From contig OZ287705.1 in the NCBI GenBank assembly GCA_965649825.1, positions 507,978 through 571,977 of the forward strand: a DNA stretch of 64,000 nucleotides, read 5' to 3'. This stretch comes from Penicillus capitatus (lineage: Eukaryota; Plantae; Chlorophyta). The notes below the pieces were generated by a model that had not been told where the DNA came from, did no database searches, and was given only the letters and a program-made list of their open reading frames with translations. A program made the translations under genes and the position numbers. Every line of letters starts with the position of its first letter. The first letter of the stretch is position 1. Shown here piece by piece: positions 36,841 through 50,000 of the stretch.

Positions 36841-38237
36841 ACTTCTTAGGAGAACTAGGGCAACATGCCTCTGGAGACGCCCCTCCTACTTGTGAGAATT
36901 TCTCTCTTTCCCGAAGTGCAATGCAAAGGGCGCATCGATGTCAGGTTTCTCCATCCTCCGGCGCAACTTGAAGCTTGTGGAGATGATCATCCACGGATAA
37001 TGACGGCAAGTGTGTGTGAGCTGGTTAACCGAATACAGTGTTCACTGTCGCAACGAACAGAAATCGCGGTGCGTGTACAATGACTGTCTTCTCTGTCTCA
37101 TCCACCGTCGGTGGCAATGGCGCCATCCGACACCAGACTCGAATTTCCGAAACGCATCCGTCTGTAGACGTGAGTCCATAAGTTCTATAATAAAATCGCG
37201 ACAAGGTGGCACGTTTCATCAGTAATCACTTACTCACCGCTGTCATACAAACCATAGACAAAGACGCATCTTACTGAAATCACACACGTAGATGAAGGAT
37301 AGCCCATCCAAAGACACTATAAAATGCTGGCTGATCGAAGAAGTTACCATTCCGTACCTGTATCCCTTGCGACAGAGGCTAGGCGATCACGAACGCCAGA
37401 AGAACATCTGTTGCTACCCAGAGACGCGATTCGCATATTCAGCGAGCTGTGTGATTTCGATGTCATCAGAAGAGCGAACGGGAAGAAGCACGACTGTATT
37501 TTTGACATATACTATACTGTGATCCCATAGCGCAGAGGTTCAGAAAACGAGACTGCTCTTCTTAAAAAGGCGTCTATGCACAAGAATACAAGGTATATAT
37601 ACTCACTGTCTTCTCATTCGTTTTCATTCGTAGGTAGGGTCACGTCAGTCGTCTTCTGGCAACTACAATACTATAATAAAGGCATCCACGCGTTTCAGGA
37701 ATCCATACTCAGCGACGTCGAGATGTTGCAAATGATCTCTCTCCCGATGCCATCGATACCTGACAATCTTCATCTGCATTCGTCGTGCTTTCATGATTTC
37801 GACGTTTTATTCTTCTCACAGGACGATCGAGTAGCAAATTCCGTTCCGTTTATACGTTACAGCTGTCTGTACGCGATGTTTGCGCAAAAAGGTAACCTCA
37901 CTTTAGTAGACCCGTGCTTGACGTAGAACTGATTGTCTGAAAATCAGGCGGGCAACATTCCCTTAGCGTTCCTACCGCTCATTGAACAGAACGAGCCAAG
38001 CTTCAAGGCGGCCAAAACTGAGCCGTCTGTTTAAAGCAGCTGCCGGCTATGCGAGATGCGCTTAACGATGCCTCGTTCGTTCAAAACACTTCAATCATTA
38101 AACACCATGCAAAGTTGCAAGTTGAGATGGAGCTTCATAAACAGCGCCATCGACATAGAGCACTAGATCATGTCTGGCATCTAGATGACAGACCAAGGAT
38201 AAAAACAACACGTTGTGCGTGACACAAGCGCTATGAA

Positions 38238-40259
38238 TCATGCGCTCTTCGCAGAGGGAGACAACAAGGACTCGAGTTCAGATCGAACACTCTCAGGACA
38301 AGATGCATAAAGATATTCACAGATGCAATCAAACGGAGTCTGACCAGAGAGGTCCTTAACCGACTTGGACGCGCCACCATTAATCAGTGCCTGTGCAATT
38401 GAACAACTAATTCCAGGATCTAAGCAAATCTGCAGGTACCTTTACGGTTTCAATCCTAGCGTGATCTGCTGCCAGATGGAGAGGCGACCTGCCGGCTGCG
38501 TTTTTGGCATCGATGTTCGCGTCACGGACAAGAAGGACCTTCGTTAACGATCATGCGCATTCATCATGAGACATCGAAGAGTGCATCGACGTACCTTTAT
38601 GGTCTTAAGTCTTCCGCCGCGTGCTGCCAAGTGAAGCGCACGATGTCCGTACTTGTCTTCGGCCTCGATGTCTGCGTCACCGTCAAGGAGGACCTTTGTC
38701 GACGGCCATTCTTTACGGACAGCGAAGGTTGCGTCATCGACCGACCTTTATGGCTTCGAATCTTCCGTCCTCTGCTGCCCAATGAAGTGGAGCCCTGCTG
38801 AATGTATGCTCCCTGGCCTCGGTGTCAGCGCCACGATCAAGGAGGACCTTTGTTGACGACCATTCTTTACGGACAGCGAAGGTTGCGTCGTCGACGGACC
38901 TTTACTACTTCGATTCTTCCGTCTATTGCTGCGAAATGAAGCGCACGCTGTCCGTACTTGTCTTCGGCCTCGATGTCTGCGTCACCGTCAAGGAGGACCT
39001 TTGTCGACGGCCATTCTTTACGGACAGCGAAGATTGCGTCGACGACCGACCTTAACGACTTCGCCTTTTTTTCCCCTTGCTGCCACATGAAGTGGAGGGC
39101 CGCTTAATGTATGCTCCCTGGCCTCAATATCAGCGCCACGGTTAAGGAGGACCTTTGTCGACGACCAATCTTTACGGACAGCGAAGATTGAGTCGTCGAC
39201 GGACCTTTACGACTTCGACTCCTCCGGTATCTGCTGCGAAATGAAGCGCACGCCATCCGTTCATGTCTTCGGCCTCGATGTCAGCGCCACGGTCAAGGAG
39301 GACCTTTATTGACGGTCGTTCTTTACGGACCGCGAAGGTTGCGTCGTCGACGGACCTTTACGACTTTGACTCTTCCGGCCGATGCCGCCAAAAGAAGTGG
39401 AGGACTGCGGTGTCCATAATCCTTGGCCTCGATGTTCGCGCCACCGTCCAGAAGGATCTTCGTTGACGATCCATTCACATTCATCATAAAGCATCGAAGA
39501 TTGCGGCGTCGAACGCACCTTTACGGCTTTAGCTTTTCCGGCGATTGCTGCCAAGTGAAGTGCAGTCCGGTGGTCTGAGTCCTCTCTTGCCTCGAGAGAT
39601 GCGCCTTCATCAAGCAGGTCCTAGGTTCGAAACTGTGCGACGCGGGAATTCGAGTAGACGCGCCGCCACCTTCACGTGTTTTGCTTTTCCTCTGAACGCT
39701 GCCTCATGAAGCGCGGTCCATCCGTCAACGCCGACATGTCTCTCGTGAGCTGTTCCTTTATTGAGCGCTCCCTTAGACGGTAATGACCATTTGCGGCTTT
39801 GAGACATAGAGGCTCCATTCACCTGGTAGGTTTCCAGAATTTCCACACAGCCCTGCTCAAAACATCAAGTTGTTTTTCCGCACGGGTAACCGTACCCCAG
39901 CCGTTCTTTGGATCTTTGGGTGCAAAGCTTCCTTTTGTTCGATCTCTAAACAGCGACAGCTGAGCGCACGGGGAGCAACATGCGCGTACTATCTTACCCT
40001 CATACGTGTCGTCTCCGTTCTAAGGAATTGGTCGTCGAAGTCACAGCCGCTTAGTCAAGTCGTTAGAACAGCATGTGTCCTACCTCAGATCTGAAGAAGA
40101 CGGAGTCGGCGAACGCTGCGTCTGTAACGAAGTCTGCTCAGCAGAAGACATCGCCTTCGACACAGATGCATGACCGACGACGGTACCGCGGCTGGCCCTG
40201 GACTTGAGCGGGGCGACGAGCAGAAAGCAGAGGCATGTGTGAAGAACGACGCACTTCAT
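38238..40259 (-). CDS. ANK-C: secreted ankyrin-repeat protein (signal peptide, micro-exon linker, N-cap + 8 internal repeat exons, Cys-containing C-cap)
   Basis: ATG 40259 (MKCVVLHTCLCFLLVAPLKSRASR), same 5' exon layout as ANK-A. Repeat exons VLLD(R/G)G/DADIEA.. are separated by ~52-nt introns ending AAG. Terminal exon ALINGGASK..TPFDCICEYLYASC..PSAKSA* (TGA 38240-38238). Confidence 0.9.
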
Positions 40260-40577
40260 GTTCGCGAGCGCAGGCGCCAGAGTCACCGAAGAATCGTTCG
40301 TTCAAACTGAAATGCGAGGTTTGAAACAAGACACGGACGACGATGTGGAATTGAATTTGTAGGTTGTCTGCGCTGTCATGCGAATCTACCGGGCATCACC
40401 TGCATTCCTTCAGGGCTATTTGCGGAAGGGTTTAAGGGAGCAAGTCACTGGCGTCCGTTTCCTGAGGAGCCGTACCGCGGAAAGGCAACCTGACGGCGTC
40501 CAAGCCTGCTTGAGGCCCTTTGTCGTTGTTCGCACTTGCCTTCGTCGACCGTCCGCAGTTCGTCGTCTGACTGCGAC

Positions 40578-41170
40578 ATGGGCATCATTCGCTCACGTTC
40601 AAGCGATCTCTTAGCTGTCGAAACTGTCGCAGGCGACAACAGCCTGAGAAGACTCCGCGTCGTCGTCCTGGCGAAAAGATCGTCTCTGCGCTTCGGTGGC
40701 GACATCGAATGGACTGTCCGAATGGACATCTTGAAAGGTCATCCTGCTGCCAGCCGAACATGAACTGGTTCTCCGCTGCGCTTCTGCGGGGAATCGTGTT
40801 CGCGTTATGGGTCTAAAGGTACTTTCTGCTCTGATTCGCCGAGGCGGCATTCATCTTAGATTACCTGCACGCAACGCTCGCCGTTCGTTAATCCGAATAC
40901 CAGGTGATGTAGACAGGGAAAGGTACAGTTTAAACTTCGCTGTAATCTAAAGCCTGTCATGCGGTGCAGGAGGCCCTTTTTGAGTGAGAGCAACAACTGT
41001 GCAGCAAAGGTTGCCCGATGATGTAAATCTGGCCGCAGACTGCACATGTAGACAGGGGTCGCTCGCTCCTTTACATGCAACTTACTGTTCAGGCTAGCAC
41101 TGTTGTTTCTTTGTTCTCCGCTATGACGTCCATCAAACTTCAATCTGCTGAAAAGGGAGGCAAGCGATTC
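40578..41170 (+). pseudogene. MGII-family partner gene copy next to ANK-C, probably truncated or decayed
   Basis: ATG 40578 (MGIIRSRSSDLLAVETVAGDNSLRRLRVVVLAKRSSLRFGGDIEWTVRMD). Homologous to 7850-8410, with stops in downstream frames. Confidence 0.35.
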
Positions 41171-43950
41171 TGAGCTTCTTTCAGGCAAGACAGCGTGAGG
41201 GTTGGCCGAGGTGCAAGAACTTCTGCACCAGATAGGGGCAGAAAAGACGTCCAGATGACAGGCTGCTGTGCACATGGAATGCACTCTTTGGCTGTCGCCT
41301 GTTCGATTGCATCCTCGGCGCACCTGGAGATAGCTTCCATTGTCCGTCCGTGTGGACCTACAAGGCCTTCCATCTCGCGTCGTCGATGCAGTAGATGCCA
41401 CGACGGATGAGGTCAGAGAGCCGAGCCCCGAACAGCTCTTCTGTCATCAGGATAACGGCAGTTGACACGCACTCGCACAAGATCAAAGGTGCGCCATACG
41501 CCTGAGCGTCGTCATCTTGATCGCTTTTGAGGGAAAACGCGAGATTCTCCTTTGTGGATCGTGGTCCACTGGATGCTGCGATCAACGAAAGCGCTGCCTG
41601 TCGATCCACGTACTCGCTGCTGCCAAAGGTCTGGATCAGCCTATGTCTCATTCCGTCTTATGAAGCGCAACTGTGCAGGTCATCGCGTCGACGCCGACTG
41701 TCGATCTGTCTTTCCGCACTCTTGCTGCAAACAGTCAGTCTTGTCTGCCACTTGTGCGTCCATGTGGCAGAGCTTCTCAGCAGCGTCCTCCTCGAGATGC
41801 TCTTCAGAGGCGGAGGTCACTCGGCAGCTGGATCGTTGACGACGACGAAGACGATGGCGCGACAGTCGCGGAGGCAGTCTAGGATCGTGGACAGCCAATG
41901 GCGCTTAAACCACAAAAAAGAGCATCAAGATTGCACGGTCGTTTGGTACACGACATTTCAATCCCTCTGCTGCGATGCGATGCACTTTTGATATACCAGT
42001 GGTGCTGGGAGACATACCAGCCAGCCTCATTCCAAGATCCGTGGGGCCGTTGTCTTTGTCAAAGTCAAGAAGAGCACGAGCACCGGTCGAACGTCCGTCT
42101 GCCGTGAGACGGCCAGAGCGGCTGGAAGACGACGCGTTGGGTCGCACGTCTGTCAGGTATTGTGTGGTTGGGTGGCTGAGCTACTCGGCTCCGACGGCGC
42201 CGTTGCCATGCGCAAGTTCCTTGACCTGCCGATGGATGGCGGCTCGAGACATCGGCGATGAAGACGAGACGGCTGCGAAGTCGCGCAAATGGCGACGATC
42301 GTGTCTCCTCGGCTGTTGATGCGTCCTGCGTGCTGTCCGCTGCCAAATCTCCTGCGGACACGGAGCAGAGCGCATTGTCTATGCTCATCCGAGTAGGATG
42401 CCGGAGAGGATACGCTGCTTCTCTCTACCGCGATGGTCGTTGTACAGTGGCGTAGGGATACGTCGACCGACCGACCGACCGACCGACTGTTCCCTGTTTG
42501 GAGGCAGAGCCGACACCTGCTGAGGCCTGTATAAAAAACAACGCAGTGGGACATGCACGCAATGAGAAGTCGAGAACGGGCGGTACAGATCGGACAGCTG
42601 CGCGTCATGTCAATGATCATCCCATTGGCGAAAGAATCGTCTCTGCAGCAGACCAGAGGATGACAAAACCGAGTAACGACAATACATAGCAGTCTTGAGC
42701 TCTGCAAGTCGACACTACTCAGGCAGTTTCCTATAGCGTTCGTTATTCGATCCTATGGACCGCTTCACTCGTCGATGACGTATTGCACGTTCAGCATTCG
42801 AGCTTGCTTGTTCATGACTGTCCTTGTTTTGGAAATCTTTACGAACAAGTGTATCTTGACGCCTACTGTCGATACTCACAAACCGTGCTGTTGGTGTCGC
42901 CTCAAGCATCGCTGCCAGATCTCCGATCTGACGGCAACTTCTTCTGGCATCTCTGGATGCCGAATTCTTTGCACCAGGACCGCAGTTGCGAAGACTTGGC
43001 GGCTTCAGCTTCAAGCGCGGATAGCAGTGGTAATGAGCGTGCGTCTACGTCGTTGATAACCCACGGGGTACGTCAAGGATGTGCCGGCAGAGGAATTCAG
43101 CAAGGATCCTCCATCGGTGAAAGGGAGCGCGGAAACGTGGAATCGATTGAATTTGGATTCGCATTGTCATCATGATATTACTTGCATTAGAACTTAGCAG
43201 GAGACGTGGGATCGTCATGGACGGTGGAGTCTGCCCCTGCACATCCATGTATCCGGATTCACTGGGCGAACTGCTGGGATGACAGAAGCGCCTGTCGCGA
43301 TTGTCTTGCACGATCGTGAATCCCCAATGTAGTCCACGTCTTCCTTGACAAATGGAGAGGCTCTTATTCTCCCACCCTCCACAATCCCCAGACCTACGTT
43401 CCACGGGTACATCTTTATGTCGGCCATCGTCCCTTGCAACCCCATATCTTTGCTTTTCTTGATGGTGCTGTCTCATCACCTCCAATGAAGCTTGCTCACT
43501 GAGCAGGCCATCGAAAGACAGAGATTGTCTCTCTTCACTGCAGATCACCCTCGTTGAGTGGCGGGACAAGCTTGAGACTTGACATCATCGGTAGACGCGT
43601 TGGCAAGCGCAGACAACAGCCTGGTGGCGCATTACCTTTCACGTCGTCTGCCGTCCTTATTCCCGTGGAATTCGATTGGGGGCATCATTCTTACGTCCCC
43701 AGTAGACTTCAATGCAAACAGTAAGGACATGTTCGACGACACCCTGTACTCTTACAGCCAGACGGCTCAAGCGAATCCGATGGGAGATCGGTTACACAAC
43801 AACGACCGGTGACCAGCACTGGAAATGTGTCAGACATGTCGCTTATCTTGGAGTGCACGCGCAGGCAACCTCCACAAGTTCTGAGAACGTCATCCTCTGG
43901 CAACGAACGACTCTCCCTATACTCTCAAATCGTCAGACATCGTCAAGCCT
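41140..43950 (-). CDS. Putative multi-exon gene with a Cys/His-rich (RING-like) segment; model unresolved
   Basis: Protein-like minus-strand frames at 41358-41651, 41680-41898, 41905-42147, 42715-43014 and 43045-43569. CPIC..CMSHC..CRLC motif at ~42500-42620. Confidence 0.3.
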
Positions 43951-44000
43951 CGTAAAGAGACGACGGACGGAACGAATGCTCTTCTAGGTTGCGCAGAGTG

Positions 44001-47000
44001 ATGGCCTTTGTGGAAAGGAAGGCTCTTGAGGACCATTACTCCGTTCGCTTTCGTTCCGTGATTCTTCGTCTCCGCTCTCCCTCAGCTTCTACGCACATTC
44101 TAGTCCTCGCTGGCACCGCTTCCTGGCAGAAAAATCGGACCGAGTGTCACGTCGCATTTCAGATATTTAAAGGACTCGAAGAGGCTTCTCGGCGAGTCTT
44201 GGCGAACACCGGATTTCTTTCGATTGCTCAATCCCAGCTTCATCGTGCAGTTGCTCAGTCTCTTTAAACGATTTCCAGCGTCCCTTCATGCAAGTCACCG
44301 GTTCGTCTTTCTCCCACTTACGGTTCCCGCATCGGTGCAGCAGAGGGGCGCCGGTCATCAAACGGAGTCGAATACTCCTACACGCTGAGCAGTCATTCGT
44401 GGTATGGGGTCTACGAAGTAACCGTGTCCATTCGTGCCGTCAGAATCTCAGCTTTCATCTCTGTCTCAGTGGCGCGTACATCGCTCTATGTTTGATAAGG
44501 AGAATCAGAGTATAGCGTCGAAGACTTTCACTGTCGGCGGCGAGAGATGGTAAGTCGAGCGCAACGACCTGCGGCCCTCATTCGTTTTACTCTGGACAGG
44601 AAGCTTTTCGCCAAGCATCTGGGCGAAAAGAAATTGATCGTCGATTTAGCTTCGCGAGGTTTTTCGCCTGTTCAGGCTCACTTTTCAATCACTCTTGTCA
44701 ACCATAAAGGCGAAAGAAAGAATCTGGTCAGAGGTATGTTTGCATAACCTCATCGAATACATTTTGCAGAGACGTGTGGTCTTGCAGCAAAGTTCTTCGA
44801 TCGTCGGGGCCATGGTAGTAATCATCAGGAGGTCGATCCCTTCCACATGGCATCGGTCATTGACGATACCTCACTTGGATACCTAACAGAAGATTTCTTC
44901 ACGCTGCGATTGGAATTAAGGATAAGGAGTCCAGATAACGAGGCTTCCAGATTCGTCATTCCTCGGACGATTCAGACTCTAAAAAGGACAGCGTCGTGCG
45001 AAGTAAGAGTCGAGAAACCCTACCGAACGCCAAGAGTGGATGATGTTAGTGGAACATCCAGCATGCGTGGGAGACGAGTCCATCTATCGTAAGAACGGAT
45101 CGTTTCAGAATCGCAGGCTGCAACATGTGAGTTGTGAAAAATACAGACTTCCGTCCCGTAACAATCATTCTCATGTCTGCTGCTCAGGGAGTTGAGGTTA
45201 TGCAAGGAGGGAGGAGGTTACGGTGCATACGATCTGAGCGTTCTTATTGCGAACATAGGTGACCGAAATGCTTTCGTTGAGGGTGAAATCTGCCTTATAA
45301 GAAATGATTCATCTGCAGACAACAGCAATTCAAGTTCTTTCCGTCCTCGTCGAGTTCTTCTCACCCTTCTGTTCAGAGTTTGTGGAGCAGATCAACGTAG
45401 GCGCTGCTAAGGGATGGGTCCGATACTTAAAAGAGAAGGATCTGTCGGACAAATTGTCTTCGGCTATGGAGGACGGCTGGTTGAACCTATCTGTGAAGAT
45501 CACCTTGCTCAGCGACAAGGATTTTCGAAACGCACTGCCTTCAGTTCTCAGACGACTTCAGCTGCATCGTCTTCCCAAGATCGATACCGGTAATGAAGTC
45601 CGACATCAAGGTACCGACAGTTTTTCAAGAACGGCAAGCACTTTGATCGCCATATGGCAGGCGGCGTTGGATGCATTGATGAAATCGATCATTACTTCAG
45701 ACTGACAACGAATGAGTGGTTTGCCCGATATGAAGTGAGAGATTCAAGGTCTTCATCTGACTGCAATGGAGGCTTGTGTTCGAACAGTGGTTTGTGCATC
45801 GATCCTTCCTGACTCAAGACAGCGGACAGATCTTCACAAACGCGTTCGAGGTGGAAGACCGACTCTGGTTCAAAGAAGACACTCTTTCGTTCTGCTGATG
45901 ATCTGAGCGTTTGAGGTGTATCGGAATAAAGCGCGATAAAGACGGATATCTCTACGCTTGGTTTTTATCGAAGAACGAGACTCCAGTGGAAGTGCAGTTT
46001 GGATTCGAGCTGGCGAATTCGAAAAGCGAACACAGTAAACGCACCGGTAAAGGAGACAGAATTTGTACATTCTCGAAGTTGAGAGATGTTTGATAGGACG
46101 CCTTCACGAGTTCTCGTTCGTCGATGACTGCTGCGAAGAAAAACTTCTTAAATGCACCGAGATAGCGTCATCAGATAATGGATTCCTGAGAGATGACCAC
46201 TTTCTTCTTCGTCTGGATATGAGAGTGAAACAGGAAGATAACGAATCGTGTGAAGTCACTGCGGACGGGAAGACTGCAACCTGCCAGGTATCCTCTATGT
46301 TCGATGCATTGTCCTGCTCTCAAGCTGGAGTCTAGTGGAGGTCAAGATTCCTGAAAGACATGAGTCCGTGGCGCGTTGCAAGCAGAACCATTAGAATTGG
46401 AGACTCGGCACTGTGAGTTTCTCTCGAGTATCATAGCGCCCGTTTGAAGTTTCTTTGTAAGTAGGCAACTGTTCTTCTGGGCCAACGGTTTAACTGGTTC
46501 AAGCTTTCCACTCATTGGTATTAAAAATCAGAGCGCAGAAGACCTCGTTCGAATGTTCGTGGAAATCGACCGTGTCCGTCGTGTCGACTCCAACAGAATC
46601 AGATTGACGAGTAACTCTGTCTCCCGCGTCTCTCATCGACAGGTGCAGTTCAGGCTGTCATCGTATACTCCGTCGGGATTATGAAAACTTGATAGCCAAC
46701 TTAGACACTTCGAGCCAGCTGGAGGACGAAGCCCCAGAGTTTGTCAATGATGGCTGGACGATCTTCGAGATCAAGATAAAGCTGTTTGATGGAGCAGAGT
46801 TCGATGAGGAGATGAGGCGTGTATTAAGACATCTTGATCTGAGGCCTACTCGATGGGAAAAGCCTGATCCCTGCGAACTGATGCACGTCGAAGGTCTGTC
46901 CTACACGATGTCTTTCTGCTTCGATGGTCACTGAGTGCAGAGGGAAGCGGTACATACATGGACATTCCTTTCGCTTTCGTCCTGAACAAGTACACATACC

Positions 47001-50000
47001 ACTCCACGTACGAGGTCTCTTCTGTTAAACCGTCATCTCAGCTGCGTCGAAATCTCTTTCTCCTCTTTTACAGTGTGAAGTACCTCGAAGTTTTCTGCTA
47101 GAGAGGGAAAGATTCTTTGGTAGTAATACCTTTGATCTGTACGGCAGAGAATGGTTAGATCCATAATCGTCGATGACCTGCCAGAAGACGGTTTGCGTTT
47201 ATAGGAGTGTGGTGATTCACCACAATCACGATGGACGGCTGGATGCTTACCTGTGGAACAGGGGCGTCACTCGGGCAACTGCTCATTACTGTTTTACTAT
47301 CGTCAACCGAGAACATGACAAGAGTTTAGCTGGAGGTGATGGATCAGCTGGAGATAGTAGTCATTCAAAGACTGTTATTCTGTTCGAAGGATACTGTGAA
47401 GAGTTATTTCCGGTTGTGTGCGAGGACGCTTTGGGATGCATGCTCTGCCCTGCCGCGAGAGTGAACGATCCGGCTGAGGGATTCTTGGAGAGTGGCTACT
47501 TCCTCGTGCGCGCAGAGATCAGGCTCAAGCTCCAAGACAACGAGCGCTGGACAGTTTCCGTTGAGCGAAAGACAGCCACATGCGTCGTACGTTCGACTTC
47601 TCCTTTGAAGCACAACGATGTTTGACATCTGCAGTGGAAGCTGAAGGGACTGCCATGTCTGTGTCCGTCAGTACTGTTGTCCGAGATCTTTAACATTGGA
47701 GAAACCAAGTGGTGCAAAACGACATCTTCTGGCTCTGCCGTCGTCGAGTTACATTCACGTTTGTTTTTGTAGGAGGTTGGCACTTTTGCCGAGTGGAAAC
47801 ACGTCGAACTGTGACAACATCGGTCTCTACCTTCAGAATTGCCAAAATCACCCTATCCGCGTGAGAACTGAGTTTCGCGCCTTGCATCACAAATCGACAA
47901 AGAAGACTTCGGAAGACAAAGTTGAAAGTCAGCACGCTCTTCAGTGGACTTTCATCGCTTAATGGATTCTACAGAATTCAACGAGAGCATCGCAGCAAAC
48001 AGCAACCGGGGCATTCCCGAGCTTCTAACGAGAGACCAGTTGACGGACGAGTCACTCGGATTCCTGGATAAGGGCTGGATCACATTGACTGCTAGAGTCA
48101 TCCCCCTCGATGTCGAACGCGTGCCGCAGTGCGGGTATTGCCGAATCGATCCAACATGCTCCGTGCGTCACGGCAACACGTAAGGCACTCTCTCCTTAAC
48201 AACCCACTGATGCCCTATTGCCAGAAAGCATTTGTGCTACTGCACCAAATGCGCCAAGAGGCTGAAGGAGTCGCTGCTTGATGGGCAGGAGATCAAGTGC
48301 CCTGTGTGCGAGCAGGTAGTGGAGAGAGTCATCATGAACGACGGTCCCTACTTTGAAAGATGTCCCACATGCCTCATCGATCCCACCTGCGCCGTCAGAC
48401 ATGGCAACACGTAGAGCTGTCACCATCACTCGCTCTTCCACATGTCTTTCTGCATCAGGAAACACCTCTGCTATTGCACGGACTGTGGCAAAGAGCTTGC
48501 CAGGAGACTGAGGGGCAGAGTCATTCAGGACTGCGTCGTCAGAACGGCGTGCCCAAAGAAGATATCGCCTGTTCAGAAGACGACATCGAAATGCAATGTG
48601 TGTGGTGCCGACGGTGCAAACTGCTCAGTGCTACACGGATCCACGTAGGATCGATCACAGAAACGCTCGATGAGTTTTCGCATGCATTGATGTTCAGGGA
48701 ACACACGTGCTACTGCCAGGTCTGCGCATGCAAAGAATTTGCAAAGGCGCTTGCTACGAAGTGCAAGCTCAAGTGCCCAGTGTGTCAGAGAGAGGCGGAC
48801 CGCATCGTCGTCAAGGATGCTGATGACGATGAGCGCGTCCCAGCTCTGCGCAGATGCAAAAGCACAGAGACCGTTCGAGAGAAACTCGACGAGCAGACTC
48901 TTGACATGCATAGAGCCGTGGTCCTAGCACAGCGAAAGTCCTCGAGTCAGATCGCCGAAGGAGGACGGAGAACACAGAAGGATTTAGTAGAGTCCAGATT
49001 TAAAGAAACGTTGTCTGCTATCAAGAAGCTGCATAAACGGACTTCCTTTGTTCAAAAAGCCGAGGTCCCGAGTCAGCAAGAGCGATCCAGTCAAACAGTT
49101 ACCGACGGAAAACAATACTCGGAGAGGTGTTTAACGCTGTGCAGATACATGGAAGCGTTGTCTGCTTTCAAGAAGCTAGTTGATGTGATTTTAGACTACT
49201 GTGGGGTCGAGGTCCAACTTCAGCGAAAGTCATCGAGCCATGCCGTCGCTGAAGGCAGTCAAAACAAACAGACATACTCAGTGATGAAGTTGTGCGAGGA
49301 AGCAATGTCCACTCTAGAAGAAATGGCAGAGGTGTTGTTATGCAACTGCGACGTCGAGATCCCAGACCACCAAGAGTCAATGAGTCAGATGGTTGCTGAA
49401 GGCAAACAAGACAATCAGACGCAGACGGAAGACTCAAAGAAGGGCACATACGAAAAAACAAAGGCTGCTTTCGGTAAGCTGTTTGAGGCTATCTCGGCCT
49501 CCACTGCGGTCGGCACTCCAGTCCAACAGACGCCATCCGATCACACTGTCATCGAGGACACATGGACTCTGCGACATGCCCCGCCGCTACAGAGGTGTGA
49601 GAGTGCAACGTTCTCCTGCGATAATCAATGTCCGTTCTGCGAGACACCCTCAGACATCGATCATGAAAGCAAGTGCGTCTCTTCTTGTTTGGCAAGTTGT
49701 CGCACTGCAGTATTTACTGCGGCAGGCATCTCTGCTGCTGCATCAAGAGCAACAAGAAGATTGTCAAGAAGTTCAAAGCTCGGGAGACGCGCTTGTGTCC
49801 TTTCCCATTCTGCCGCAAGCAAGTCGATCGCGTCATCATGAATGCCGCTCCGTGGAAGCCAAGAATCGTCGAAGCAGAGATCAAAGAGTGCTTGCCGTGT
49901 AAGGCAAAGAAGGAGGCCAGCAAGGCAGCAGAGCAGACGCAGAAGACCAAAGGCTCAACTTCCACGGCGACGGAAGTACCTTGCAAGGCAGATGATAACA

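Noticed and set aside
42464-42487. (GACC)n microsatellite
   Set aside because: A short simple repeat with no evident function.
46380-46400. TAG aligned to CAG in the MATH paralogs, suggesting the ulvophycean TAR=Gln code or a nonsense mutation
   Set aside because: The correct spliced frame is WRSRFLKDMSPWRVASRTIRIG, in which this is not a codon. PSMA7, the methyltransferase and TIM9 end in TAA/TAG, so the code is standard.
46590-46940. Apparent frameshifts in MATH-RING-2 relative to MATH-RING-1
   Set aside because: The 1-2 nt indels fall inside 43-48 nt GT-AG introns, so the frames are restored on splicing.
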